Of a stretch of DNA of 64,000 bases, positions 1 through 13,422 are shown one piece after another (position 1 is the stretch's first letter; each line of letters begins with the position of its first letter). Made by a program: the position numbers and the translations under genes. Origin of the DNA: a phage; the sequence record OZ335963.1; one strand, written 5' to 3'. The notes under the pieces were generated by a model, which saw only the letters and a program-made list of their open reading frames with translations, made no database searches and had not been told where the DNA came from.

Positions 1-1836
<1,836 letters not shown>

Positions 1837-1864
1837 TATTAAAGCATATTAAAGAGGATTAAAA

Positions 1865-3844
1865 ATGACTTTATTATCTCCGGGCATTGAGCTCAAAGAA
1901 ACTACGGTTCAAAGCACCGTGGTTAATAACTCTACTGGTACAGCAGCTTTGGCCGGTAAATTCCAGTGGGGTCCTGCTTTTCAGATCAAACAGGTTACAA
2001 ATGAAGTAGATTTAGTTAATACTTTTGGTCAACCTACAGCTGAAACTGCTGACTATTTTATGTCTGCAATGAATTTCTTACAATATGGAAATGATTTGCG
2101 AGTTGTGCGTGCTGTCGATAGAGATACCGCTAAAAACTCATCTCCGATTGCTGGTAATATTGAATACACTATTTCTACTCCAGGTAGTAACTACGCGGTT
2201 GGAGATAAAATCACAGTTAAGTATGTTTCAGAAGACATTGAAACGGAAGGTAAAATTACCGAAGTAGATGCTGATGGAAAAATTAAGAAAATTAGTATTC
2301 CTACCGCAAAAATTATCGCTAAAGCGAAAGAAGTCGGTGAATATCCAGCATTAGGTTCTAACTGGACCGCGGAAATTTCTTCGTCTTCATCTGGTTTAGC
2401 TGCAGTAATAACTCTTGGAAAAATTATTACTGATTCCGGTATTTTATTAGCTGAGATTGAAAATGCTGAAGCTGCTATGACAGCGGTTGACTTTCAGGCA
2501 AATCTCGAAAAATATGGAATTCCAGGAGTAGTAGCTCTTTATCCGGGCGAGTTGGGCGATAAAATCGAAATTGAAATCGTATCTAAAGCTGACTACGCAA
2601 AAGGTGCTTCTGCATTACTTCCAATTTATCCAGGTGGCGGAACACGCGCATCTACTGCCAAGGCAGTTTTTGGATATGGACCACAAACTGATTCGCAATA
2701 CGCTATTATAGTTCGTCGTAATGATGCTATTGTTCAAAGTATTGTTCTTTCAACAAAGCGTGGTGAAAAAGATATTTACGATAGTAACATCTACATTGAT
2801 GACTTTTTCGCAAAAGGCGGTTCAGAATATATTTTCGCAACTGCACAAAACTGGCCAGAAGGATTCTCTGGAATTTTAACTCTGTCTGGTGGATTATCAT
2901 CAAATGCTGAAGTAACAGCAGGAGATTTAATGGAAGCCTGGGACTTCTTTGCTGACCGTGAATCTGTTGACGTTCAGTTGTTTATTGCGGGTTCTTGTGC
3001 CGGTGAATCTTTAGAAACAGCATCTACTGTCCAAAAACACGTCGTTTCAATTGGGGATGCTCGCCAGGATTGCTTAGTACTGTGCTCACCGCCGCGTGAA
3101 ACTGTAGTTGGAATTCCTGTAACTCGTGCTGTTGATAACTTAGTCAATTGGAGAACCGCAGCAGGTTCATACACTGATAATAACTTTAATATCAGTTCAA
3201 CCTACGCAGCAATTGATGGTAACTACAAATATCAGTATGACAAATATAATGATGTAAATCGTTGGGTTCCATTAGCAGCTGATATTGCCGGTTTATGTGC
3301 AAGAACCGATAACGTTTCTCAGACTTGGATGTCTCCAGCTGGTTATAATCGCGGCCAGATTCTTAACGTTATTAAACTTGCTATTGAAACTCGCCAAGCT
3401 CAGCGCGACCGTTTATATCAAGAAGCTATCAACCCAGTAACTGGTACAGGTGGTGATGGTTACGTATTGTATGGTGATAAAACAGCTACTTCTGTTCCTT
3501 CTCCATTTGATCGTATTAACGTTCGCCGTCTGTTTAATATGTTGAAAACGAATATCGGACGTAGTTCAAAATATCGTTTGTTCGAATTAAACAACGCGTT
3601 TACTCGTTCATCATTCCGCACAGAAACTGCCCAATACTTACAGGGAATTAAAGCTCTCGGTGGAATTTATGAATATCGTGTAGTTTGCGATACAACAAAT
3701 AACACTCCGTCAGTAATTGATAGAAATGAGTTTGTTGCAACATTCTACATCCAACCGGCGCGCAGTATAAATTATATTACTTTGAATTTCGTCGCAACTG
3801 CTACTGGTGCAGACTTCGATGAGTTAACTGGTCTTGCAGGTTAA
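1865..3844 (+). CDS. 18: Contractile tail sheath protein
   Basis: 659-aa ORF, same length as T4 gp18; TATAAATA late promoter directly upstream. Confidence 0.96.
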   Translation: MTLLSPGIELKETTVQSTVVNNSTGTAALAGKFQWGPAFQIKQVTNEVDLVNTFGQPTAETADYFMSAMNFLQYGNDLRVVRAVDRDTAKNSSPIAGNIEYTISTPGSNYAVGDKITVKYVSEDIETEGKITEVDADGKIKKISIPTAKIIAKAKEVGEYPALGSNWTAEISSSSSGLAAVITLGKIITDSGILLAEIENAEAAMTAVDFQANLEKYGIPGVVALYPGELGDKIEIEIVSKADYAKGASALLPIYPGGGTRASTAKAVFGYGPQTDSQYAIIVRRNDAIVQSIVLSTKRGEKDIYDSNIYIDDFFAKGGSEYIFATAQNWPEGFSGILTLSGGLSSNAEVTAGDLMEAWDFFADRESVDVQLFIAGSCAGESLETASTVQKHVVSIGDARQDCLVLCSPPRETVVGIPVTRAVDNLVNWRTAAGSYTDNNFNISSTYAAIDGNYKYQYDKYNDVNRWVPLAADIAGLCARTDNVSQTWMSPAGYNRGQILNVIKLAIETRQAQRDRLYQEAINPVTGTGGDGYVLYGDKTATSVPSPFDRINVRRLFNMLKTNIGRSSKYRLFELNNAFTRSSFRTETAQYLQGIKALGGIYEYRVVCDTTNNTPSVIDRNEFVATFYIQPARSINYITLNFVATATGADFDELTGLAG

Positions 3845-3850
3845 TTGATT

Positions 3851-4501
3851 ATGGGGCTTCGGCCCCTATTCTCGAGGAAACAAGTGATTATTTCTAAGTT
3901 TGTTAAAGTGAAAATTGTACCATCAAATTTTAAACATTATCAATCAAAGGGTTATAAATTAACACCTCTTGGAGCGGTTAAACATGGATTTAGGTATTAT
4001 GAAATTGATGTTAAAGTTGAAGACATTAAAGGTAATACCGCGTATGTAAAATGCCGTTGCGATAAATGTGGAATTGAATATAACCAACGCATTGGAAGAA
4101 ACACTGATATTTGTCGTGATTGCCGTCATAAAGATAAAATGCGCAATAATTCATATGGTTCCGCGAATAAAGGAAAAACAGTAGAATGTATGCATGGCGT
4201 AAATCATCCAAGATGGAACCCAAATAAATCTGAAATGCGTGAATATATTTCATTGGTATATAAAGAAACTCGTAAGCATAAGAAAATTTGGTCAAAATGG
4301 CCAAATGCTGATAAAATAGGAGTGTGCGGTACAAAAGGTGCTTACCAGCTTGATCATAAGGTATCTATCAAATACGGTTTTGATAATTTAATTCCTGCTG
4401 AAATAATTGGCGGTATTAATAATTTAGAAATAATCACTTGGGAATCTAACCGAGAAAAATCAAAAAGAAATAGTGTAGATCTTTGGGATTTACTAGAATG
4501 A
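3851..4501 (+). CDS. HNH-family putative homing endonuclease (Cys4 zinc finger plus HNH motif)
   Basis: Open frame from 3845 (TTG), first ATG at 3851; CRCDKCG...CRDCRH followed by LDHKVSIKYGF...GGINNLEIITWESN; lies between genes 18 and 19. Confidence 0.7.
   Translation: MGLRPLFSRKQVIISKFVKVKIVPSNFKHYQSKGYKLTPLGAVKHGFRYYEIDVKVEDIKGNTAYVKCRCDKCGIEYNQRIGRNTDICRDCRHKDKMRNNSYGSANKGKTVECMHGVNHPRWNPNKSEMREYISLVYKETRKHKKIWSKWPNADKIGVCGTKGAYQLDHKVSIKYGFDNLIPAEIIGGINNLEIITWESNREKSKRNSVDLWDLLE
3854..3867 (+). terminator. UUCG tetraloop hairpin after gene 18 stop
   Basis: GGGGC-TTCG-GCCCC 10 nt after gene 18 stop; weak U tract; abuts HNH ATG. Confidence 0.5.
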
Positions 4502-4527
4502 TTCTAAAGGCCTGTTTCGGCAGGCCA

Positions 4528-4535
4528 TATAAATA
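4528..4535 (+). promoter_or_regulatory. Late promoter TATAAATA
   Basis: Exact TATAAATA right after hairpin 4509-4526 downstream of the HNH ORF. Confidence 0.55.
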
Positions 4536-4586
4536 CACTATATCCTTAATTCTTTAATTCTATATGCCCTAGGTTAAACATAGGGA

Positions 4587-4594
4587 TATAAATA
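4587..4594 (+). promoter_or_regulatory. Late promoter TATAAATA (gene 19)
   Basis: Exact TATAAATA 15 nt upstream of gene 19 ATG. Confidence 0.7.
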
Positions 4595-4608
4595 CTACAG
4601 AGGCTAAT

Positions 4609-5100
4609 ATGTTTGTAGATGATGTAACACGAGCGTTTGAATCTGGTGATTTTGCTCGACCTAACTTATTCCAAGTAGAAATTTCTTATCTTGGACAAAA
4701 TTTTACGTTTCAATGTAAAGCCACTGCTTTACCAGCTGGTATTGTAGAAAAAATTCCAGTCGGATTCATGAACCGTAAAATTAACGTAGCAGGCGATCGT
4801 ACATTCGATGACTGGACTGTTACAGTAATGAACGATGAGGCACATGATGCTCGCCAGAAGTTTGTTGATTGGCAAAGCATTGCTGCTGGGCAAGGGAACG
4901 AAATTACTGGTGGAAAACCAGCAGAGTATAAAAAGAGCGCTGTTGTTCGCCAATATGCTCGTGATGCTAAAACTGTAACAAAAGAAGTCGAAATTAAAGG
5001 CCTGTGGCCTACTAACGTGGGTGAACTTCAATTAGATTGGGATTCAAACAATGAAATCCAAACCTTTGAAGTAACTCTCGCTCTCGATTATTGGGAATAA
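4609..5100 (+). CDS. 19: Tail tube protein
   Basis: 163-aa ORF, T4 gp19 length; late promoter upstream. Confidence 0.95.
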   Translation: MFVDDVTRAFESGDFARPNLFQVEISYLGQNFTFQCKATALPAGIVEKIPVGFMNRKINVAGDRTFDDWTVTVMNDEAHDARQKFVDWQSIAAGQGNEITGGKPAEYKKSAVVRQYARDAKTVTKEVEIKGLWPTNVGELQLDWDSNNEIQTFEVTLALDYWE

Positions 5101-5132
5101 AATGAATGGGGAGAAATCCCCATCCTGCTTAA

Positions 5133-6757
<1,625 letters not shown>

Positions 6758-6758
<1 letters not shown>

Positions 6759-6955
6759 TGGAAGGTTTAATTGAAGCTATTAAATCAAACGACCTCGTAG
6801 CCGCTCGTAAATTATTTGCTGAAGCCATGGCTGCAAGAACGATTGATTTAATTAAAGAAGAAAAAATCGCTATCGCTCGTAATTTCTTAATCGAAGGTGA
6901 AGAACCTGAAGACGAGGATGATGACGAAGATGACGAAGACGAGGATGATGAATAA
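6758..6955 (+). CDS. 67: Prohead core protein with acidic C-terminal tail
   Basis: 65-aa ORF overlapping gene 20 stop; C-terminus [18 protein letters not shown]. Confidence 0.75.
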
Positions 6956-7380
6956 TGCTTCTGATCCCTGAAACTCATGAATTAGTTCTCGAGAATGTCG
7001 AAGCACTTATTCCTGAAGCACAGGGTCGCTTTGACGAATTGTCTTCTGCTTTAAATAAAGACGATATAAATACAATTGTCGAGAATATGCTTGATGATGA
7101 AACTGATTTAGCAGTTGCATTAGCTTCTATTAATGAAAATATGCCGTTAAATGAATTCATCGTTAAACATGTTTCAGCTCGTGGCGAAATTACACGTACT
7201 AAAGATCGCAAAACACGCGAACGTAATGCATTTCAAACCACTGGGCTGTCTAAAGCAAAACGTAGACAAATTGCTCGCAAAGCTACCAAAACGAAGATTG
7301 CCAATCCAGCAGGTCAATCTCGTGCTCAGCGTAAGCGTAAAAAAGCTCTTAAACGCCGTAAAGCATTAGGATTAAGCTAA
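6955..7380 (+). CDS. 68: Prohead core protein
   Basis: 141-aa ORF, T4 gp68 length and position. Confidence 0.8.
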
Positions 7381-8018
7381 TGAATGAACCCCAATTACTA
7401 ATTGAAACTTGGGGTCAACCTGGCGAAATTATTGATGGTGTGCCAATGCTTGAATCTCATGATGGAAAAGACCTAGGTTTAAAACCCGGTTTATACATCG
7501 AAGGAATATTCATGCAAGCGGAAGTCGTCAATAGAAATAAACGTCTTTATCCAAAACGCATATTAGAAAAAGCGGTAAAAGACTATATCAATGAGCAAGT
7601 TTTAACTAAACAAGCTCTCGGAGAATTAAATCATCCTCCACGCGCTAATGTTGACCCGATGCAAGCCGCTATCATTATAGAAGATATGTGGTGGAAAGGA
7701 AATGACGTATACGGACGAGCTCGTGTTATTGAAGGTGACCATGGTCCTGGAGATAAATTAGCAGCTAATATTCGTGCCGGATGGATTCCAGGAGTTTCTT
7801 CTCGTGGATTAGGTTCATTGACTGACACAAATAAAGGTTATCGTATCGTAAACGAAGGATTCAAATTAACTGTAGGTGTTGATGCAGTATGGGGTCCAAG
7901 TGCTCCAGATGCATGGGTAACTCCTAAGGAAATTACCGAATCACAGACGGCGGAAGCCGATACAAGTGCCGATGACGCCTATATGGCTCTCGCAGAGGCC
8001 ATGAAAAAAGCGTTATAA
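7380..8018 (+). CDS. 21: Prohead core protease
   Basis: 212-aa ORF, T4 gp21 length and position. Confidence 0.93.
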   Translation: MNEPQLLIETWGQPGEIIDGVPMLESHDGKDLGLKPGLYIEGIFMQAEVVNRNKRLYPKRILEKAVKDYINEQVLTKQALGELNHPPRANVDPMQAAIIIEDMWWKGNDVYGRARVIEGDHGPGDKLAANIRAGWIPGVSSRGLGSLTDTNKGYRIVNEGFKLTVGVDAVWGPSAPDAWVTPKEITESQTAEADTSADDAYMALAEAMKKAL

Positions 8019-8021
8019 ATA
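8014..8021 (+). promoter_or_regulatory. Late promoter TATAAATA (gene 22)
   Basis: Exact TATAAATA overlapping gene 21 stop, 27 nt upstream of gene 22 ATG. Confidence 0.65.
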
Positions 8022-8048
8022 TTATTATCTAAACAACAGGACTACAAA

Positions 8049-8858
8049 ATGCTTAAAGAACAACTGATTGCTGAAGCGCAAAAAATTGATGCTTCCGTTG
8101 CTCTTGATAGTATTTTCGAATCAGTTAATATTTCTCCGGAAGCAAAAGAAACTTTCGGCACTGTATTCGAAGCTACCGTCAAGCAGCACGCCGTTAAATT
8201 AGCTGAATCTCATATCGCTAAAATTGCTGAAAAAGCAGAAGAAGAAGTAGAAAAAAATAAAGAAGAAGCCGAAGAAAAAGCTGAGAAGAAAATCGCTGAG
8301 CAAGCTTCTAAATTCATCGACCATCTTGCGAAAGAATGGCTCGCTGAAAATAAATTAGCAATTGATAAAGGCATCAAAGCCGAACTGTTTGAATCCATGC
8401 TTGGTGGATTAAAAGAGCTCTTTGTTGAACACAACGTTGTTGTTCCAGAAGAATCAGTTGATGTTGTAGCTGAAATGGAAGAAGAGCTGCAAGAACATAA
8501 AGAAGAATCAGCTCGTCTGTTCGAAGAACTCAATAAGCGTGACGCATATATCAATTATGTGCAGCGTGAAGTGGCATTGAGCGAAAGTACTAAAGATCTG
8601 ACTGAGTCTCAAAAAGAAAAAGTCTCTGCTCTGGTCGAAGGTATGGATTATTCAGATGCATTCTCAAGTAAATTGAGTGCCATCGTAGAAATGGTGAAGA
8701 AGTCTAATAAAGATGAAAGCACTATTACTGAGAGTATAAATACTCCTGATACTGAAGCAGCCGGACTGAATTTCGTCACTGAAGCTGTAGAAGATAAAAC
8801 TGCACCTGGTGCAGAAGATATTGTAAGTGTATATGCGAAAGTCGCATCTCGTTTCTAA
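8049..8858 (+). CDS. 22: Prohead core scaffold protein
   Basis: 269-aa acidic coiled-coil-like ORF, T4 gp22 length. Confidence 0.9.
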   Translation: MLKEQLIAEAQKIDASVALDSIFESVNISPEAKETFGTVFEATVKQHAVKLAESHIAKIAEKAEEEVEKNKEEAEEKAEKKIAEQASKFIDHLAKEWLAENKLAIDKGIKAELFESMLGGLKELFVEHNVVVPEESVDVVAEMEEELQEHKEESARLFEELNKRDAYINYVQREVALSESTKDLTESQKEKVSALVEGMDYSDAFSSKLSAIVEMVKKSNKDESTITESINTPDTEAAGLNFVTEAVEDKTAPGAEDIVSVYAKVASRF

Positions 8859-8876
8859 TTTTAAAGGTTAACACAA

Positions 8877-10442
8877 ATGACTATCAAAACTAAAGCTGAA
8901 CTTTTGAACAAATGGAAGCCATTACTGGAAGGTGAAGGTTTACCGGAAATTGCTAATAGCAAACAAGCGATTATCGCTAAAATCTTTGAAAACCAGGAAA
9001 AAGATTTCCAGACAGCTCCAGAGTACAAAGACGAAAAAATCGCCCAGGCATTTGGTTCTTTCTTAACAGAAGCTGAAATCGGTGGTGACCACGGTTACAA
9101 CGCTACTAACATCGCTGCTGGTCAGACTTCTGGCGCAGTAACTCAGATTGGCCCAGCTGTTATGGGTATGGTACGTCGTGCTATTCCTAACCTGATTGCT
9201 TTCGATATTTGCGGTGTTCAGCCGATGAATAGCCCGACTGGCCAGGTATTCGCACTGCGTGCAGTATATGGTAAAGACCCAATCGCTTCCGGCGCTAAAG
9301 AAGCATTCCACCCAATGTATGGTCCAGATGCAATGTTCTCTGGTCAGGGTGCTGCTAAGAAATTCGCTGCTTTGAAAGCAAGTGATACTCTTGAAGTTGG
9401 AACTATTTACACCCACTTCTTCCAGGACACTGGTACTGTGTATCTGCAAGCTACAGAAGTTAAGCAAATTGATACTAGTGCAACTGACGCAGCTAAATTA
9501 GATGCTGAAATTAAGAAACAAATGGAAGCTGGTGTACTGGTAGAAATCGCTGAAGGCATGGCTACTTCTATCGCTGAACTTCAGGAAGGTTTCAACGGTT
9601 CTACCGATAACCCATGGAATGAAATGGGCTTCCGTATCGATAAACAAGTTATCGAAGCCAAATCTCGTCAGCTGAAAGCTGCTTACTCTATCGAATTAGC
9701 ACAAGACCTCCGCGCTGTTCACGGTATGGATGCTGATGCTGAACTGTCTGGTATTCTGGCTACCGAAATCATGCTGGAAATCAACCGCGAAGTTGTTGAT
9801 TGGATTAACTACTCTGCACAGGTTGGTAAATCTGGTATGACCCTGACTCCGGGTTCTAAAGCTGGTGTATTTGACTTCCAGGATCCGATTGATATTCGTG
9901 GTGCTCGCTGGGCGGGTGAATCATTTAAAGCTCTGTTGTTCCAGATTGACAAAGAAGCAGTTGAAATTGCTCGTCAGACCGGTCGTGGTGAAGGTAACTT
10001 CATTATCGCTTCCCGTAACGTAGTTAACGTTCTGGCTTCAGTTGATACTGGCATTTCTTATGCTGCACAGGGTCTGGCTACTGGCTTTAACACTGATACT
10101 ACCAAGTCAGTATTTGCTGGTGTTCTGGGTGGTAAATACCGTGTATATATCGACCAGTATGCTAAACAGGATTATTTCACTGTAGGTTATAAAGGTCCGA
10201 ACGAAATGGATGCTGGTATTTACTATGCTCCATATGTAGCTCTGACTCCGCTGCGTGGTTCCGATCCGAAGAACTTCCAACCGGTAATGGGATTCAAAAC
10301 TCGTTACGGTATCGGTATCAACCCATTTGCAGAATCCGCTGCTCAGGCTCCGGCTTCTCGCATCCAGAGCGGTATGCCTTCTATTCTGAATAGCCTTGGT
10401 AAAAACGCTTACTTCCGCCGTGTATATGTTAAAGGTATCTAA
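8877..10442 (+). CDS. 23: Major capsid protein
   Basis: 521-aa ORF, T4 gp23 length, high-expression codon usage; terminator hairpin after stop. Confidence 0.98.
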   Translation: MTIKTKAELLNKWKPLLEGEGLPEIANSKQAIIAKIFENQEKDFQTAPEYKDEKIAQAFGSFLTEAEIGGDHGYNATNIAAGQTSGAVTQIGPAVMGMVRRAIPNLIAFDICGVQPMNSPTGQVFALRAVYGKDPIASGAKEAFHPMYGPDAMFSGQGAAKKFAALKASDTLEVGTIYTHFFQDTGTVYLQATEVKQIDTSATDAAKLDAEIKKQMEAGVLVEIAEGMATSIAELQEGFNGSTDNPWNEMGFRIDKQVIEAKSRQLKAAYSIELAQDLRAVHGMDADAELSGILATEIMLEINREVVDWINYSAQVGKSGMTLTPGSKAGVFDFQDPIDIRGARWAGESFKALLFQIDKEAVEIARQTGRGEGNFIIASRNVVNVLASVDTGISYAAQGLATGFNTDTTKSVFAGVLGGKYRVYIDQYAKQDYFTVGYKGPNEMDAGIYYAPYVALTPLRGSDPKNFQPVMGFKTRYGIGINPFAESAAQAPASRIQSGMPSILNSLGKNAYFRRVYVKGI

Positions 10443-10456
10443 TCTTTGACGATTTA

Positions 10457-10487
10457 AGGGACCTTCGGGTCCCTTTAGTTGTTTTTA
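10457..10487 (+). terminator. Intrinsic terminator after gene 23
   Basis: AGGGACC-TTCG-GGTCCCT then T-rich tract. Confidence 0.75.
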
Positions 10488-10490
10488 TGG

Positions 10491-10498
10491 TATAAATA
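10491..10498 (+). promoter_or_regulatory. Late promoter TATAAATA (gene 24)
   Basis: Exact TATAAATA between gene 23 terminator and gene 24 ATG. Confidence 0.7.
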
Positions 10499-10525
10499 AA
10501 TCATATAAACCAAAAGGAAAGCGCA

Positions 10526-11809
10526 ATGGCTAAAATCAACGAACTTCTGCGCGAATCAACCACAACGAATAGCAACTCAATCGGTCGCCCAAATCTCGTT
10601 GCTTTGACTCGCGCTACCACTAAATTAATATATTCTGACATTGTAGCAACGCAAAGAACTAATCAACCTGTTGCTGCTTTTTATGGTATCAAATACCTTA
10701 ACCCAGATAATGAATTAACATTTAAAACTGGTGCTACTTACGCTGGCGAAGCTGGATACGTAGACCGAAAACAAATCACAGAATTAACAGAAGAGTCTAA
10801 ATTAACTCTCAATAAAGGCGATTTATTCAAATATAATAATATCGTTTATAAAGTATTAGAAGATACACCATTTGCTACCATTGAAGAAAGCGATTTAGAA
10901 TTAGCTCTTCAGATTGCAATCGTTCTTTTAAAAGTTCGTCTATTTTCTGACGCAGCGTCAACAAGCAAATTTGAAAACTCTGATAGCGAAATTGCGGATG
11001 CTAGATTCCAGATTAATAAATGGCAAACCGCAGTTAAATCTCGTAAACTTAAAACTGGCATTACAGTTGAATTAGCACAAGATTTAGAAGCAAATGGATT
11101 CGATGCTCCTAATTTCTTGGAAGATTTGCTCGCAACTGAAATGGCAGATGAAATCAATAAAGATATTTTACAGTCTCTGATTACAGTATCAAAACGCTAT
11201 AAAGTTACAGGAATTACTGATACTGGATTCATTGATTTGAGTTATGCATCTGCACCTGAAGCTGGTCGTTCATTATACCGAATGGTATGTGAAATGGTTT
11301 CACATATCCAGAAAGAATCAACTTACACAGCAACGTTCTGTGTTGCTTCAGCTCGTGCCGCTGCGATTCTTGCTGCGTCAGGTTGGTTAAAACATAAACC
11401 AGAAGATGACAAATATCTTTCACAAAATGCCTATGGGTTCTTAGCTAATGGTTTACCGCTTTATTGCGATACCAACAGCCCATTAGATTATGTAATCGTT
11501 GGCGTAGTAGAAAATATCGGTGAAAAAGAAATTGTTGGATCAATTTTCTATGCTCCGTATACAGAAGGTCTTGACTTAGATGACCCTGAACATGTAGGTG
11601 CATTTAAAGTTGTAGTTGATCCAGAAAGTTTGCAGCCATCTATCGGTTTATTAGTTAGATATGCTTTATCTGCAAATCCTTACACTGTAGCAAAAGATGA
11701 AAAAGAAGCAAGAGTAATTGATGGTGGAGACATGGATAAAATGGCGGGTCGTTCAGATTTGTCTGTTTTATTAGGTGTTAAGCTACCAAAAATTATCGTT
11801 GATGAATAA
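10526..11809 (+). CDS. 24: Capsid vertex protein
   Basis: 427-aa ORF, T4 gp24 length; late promoter upstream, terminator downstream. Confidence 0.93.
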   Translation: MAKINELLRESTTTNSNSIGRPNLVALTRATTKLIYSDIVATQRTNQPVAAFYGIKYLNPDNELTFKTGATYAGEAGYVDRKQITELTEESKLTLNKGDLFKYNNIVYKVLEDTPFATIEESDLELALQIAIVLLKVRLFSDAASTSKFENSDSEIADARFQINKWQTAVKSRKLKTGITVELAQDLEANGFDAPNFLEDLLATEMADEINKDILQSLITVSKRYKVTGITDTGFIDLSYASAPEAGRSLYRMVCEMVSHIQKESTYTATFCVASARAAAILAASGWLKHKPEDDKYLSQNAYGFLANGLPLYCDTNSPLDYVIVGVVENIGEKEIVGSIFYAPYTEGLDLDDPEHVGAFKVVVDPESLQPSIGLLVRYALSANPYTVAKDEKEARVIDGGDMDKMAGRSDLSVLLGVKLPKIIVDE

Positions 11810-11814
11810 AACAA

Positions 11815-11840
11815 AGGGACCGAAAGGTCCCTTTTTATTT
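11815..11840. terminator. Bidirectional terminator between gene 24 (+) and rnlB (-)
   Basis: AGGGACC-GAAA-GGTCCCT flanked by A-rich and T-rich tracts. Confidence 0.75.
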
Positions 11841-12843
11841 AACTTACCAATTCAATCCAAGCCGGACGAAGTATATCTTGCACCATTTTAACTAATTCCT
11901 TTTTAACCAAAGAAGGATTATCTGCTTGAATTAGAGTAATACCTTCACGAGAAGTTTCTTCCAAAATATCTTGAACAGTTAGTCCCATCACCTTTCCAAA
12001 ATCTTTTGGACCAATTTCGCCAATTTTAGAAATAACGTTATTTACTCGGTTCAGTGTAACGTAACAAGCTAAAATTCCCACCAATTTGTTATCAGCTTCT
12101 GACAGTTCAACTTTAGCTTTAATAGGCTTATCAGACTTTTTCTTTTCACTGAATTTAGAGTTCTTGCATTTGATAGCTACACGATTGCCGTTATGCAGCC
12201 AAGAAGGATAACAAGGTTTCAATACATATCCTTCAGCGGTAAATACTTCGCCTTTTGCTTCAGCATTCCAAACGCATTTATTTGCATCAACTAATCCAGC
12301 ATGGTCTACCGTAAAATTATAATCCTGGACGACAGAATCTAAATCATTTGGCAATTTAATAAGCTCTTCAAATTTACCGCGACCTAAAAGTGGAGCCATT
12401 TTAAATTTAAATGTATTACAGAATGATTCCATCATATAATCATCGACATAAGTCACATCACCACTTTCTGTAGTAACAATAATGTCAAATACATAAAAAT
12501 CTTTATCACCATAATCGACATTCTTCTGAATGCCAGGTCCAGCGAATTCGCCAAAAACTTGATAAGATACAACCGCTGAAGTTTCCATAATATCTTGTAC
12601 TGCTTTAATGGAATCAGAGTAATTCTTCAAAATAATTTCATACCCAAAGAAATCTTCAGCAGGAAGAATAGGACCAGTGCGTTTAGCACAAGTTACTTTA
12701 TCACGCTCAATAATTAATGAGAAATTTGTACCATGAATCTTTTCACGAGCTACCCATTCGCCACCAGTCAATCCTAAACTATAAAGTTTTTCAATGAATT
12801 TAGAATTGTAATGATTTTCAAGACTGCTATACTTTTTAAACAT
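11839..12843 (-). CDS. rnlB: RNA ligase 2
   Basis: 334-aa ORF with nucleotidyltransferase KIHG motif; T4 Rnl2 length and position. Confidence 0.9.
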   Translation of the reverse strand: MFKKYSSLENHYNSKFIEKLYSLGLTGGEWVAREKIHGTNFSLIIERDKVTCAKRTGPILPAEDFFGYEIILKNYSDSIKAVQDIMETSAVVSYQVFGEFAGPGIQKNVDYGDKDFYVFDIIVTTESGDVTYVDDYMMESFCNTFKFKMAPLLGRGKFEELIKLPNDLDSVVQDYNFTVDHAGLVDANKCVWNAEAKGEVFTAEGYVLKPCYPSWLHNGNRVAIKCKNSKFSEKKKSDKPIKAKVELSEADNKLVGILACYVTLNRVNNVISKIGEIGPKDFGKVMGLTVQDILEETSREGITLIQADNPSLVKKELVKMVQDILRPAWIELVS

Positions 12844-12852
12844 AATTAATCC

Positions 12853-13131
12853 TCAAAATGTAATTTCTAACCAATCACCATCACGCTGATCACTATTGAC
12901 TTTAAAGCTAAATCCTTCTTTTCTCAGCCAATCACCAATTTCTTCAGTAATCAATTTATCGCGAGCAGTGCAATAATAACTAAAATATGTTTTACCTTGT
13001 TCAGCTGCTTTATTAGCAAGTTCCGAAAAATCTTTAATAAAACACTCTAGCTTAAACTGTTTACTTTTAAGTGCTTTTTCGCGTAATTGATTAGCAAAAG
13101 ATTCATTTTCATAAAGATCATACTGTTCCAT
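12853..13131 (-). CDS. Hypothetical protein (T4 24.2-like position)
   Basis: 92-aa ORF, tightly packed after rnlB. Confidence 0.55.
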   Translation of the reverse strand: MEQYDLYENESFANQLREKALKSKQFKLECFIKDFSELANKAAEQGKTYFSYYCTARDKLITEEIGDWLRKEGFSFKVNSDQRDGDWLEITF

Positions 13132-13333
13132 TTTTCACCTTTTTATTAATATGCCTTTTTCTATAGACAACTTTTTCTCGAGTTTCAAATTTATTCTTAG
13201 CAGTCATAGCTCGAGCCCATAATACAGCCACTTCTTTTGCCTGTAAGTTCAATTCACGAGCAATTTCAATGAATGACTTTCCAGACTCATGAAGAGTAAA
13301 CACCACAACTTCATTTCTCATAATCAATCTCAT
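13118..13333 (-). CDS. Small basic protein with possible helix-turn-helix (T4 24.3-like position)
   Basis: 71-aa ORF; segment SGKSFIEIARELNLQAKEVAVLWARA resembles an HTH. Confidence 0.5.
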   Translation of the reverse strand: MRLIMRNEVVVFTLHESGKSFIEIARELNLQAKEVAVLWARAMTAKNKFETREKVVYRKRHINKKVKNGTV

Positions 13334-13390
13334 GTTATCGAGTTGATGCCATTATATACATCATTTTCTGAGTGTGTTTTGTGTGCTTTC

Positions 13391-13416
13391 AAAATGAAGA
13401 AAGGGGCCGAAGCCCC
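13391..13416 (-). terminator. Terminator after hoc
   Basis: GGGGC-CGAA-GCCCC with U-rich tract on minus strand. Confidence 0.6.
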
Positions 13417-13422
13417 CTATGA

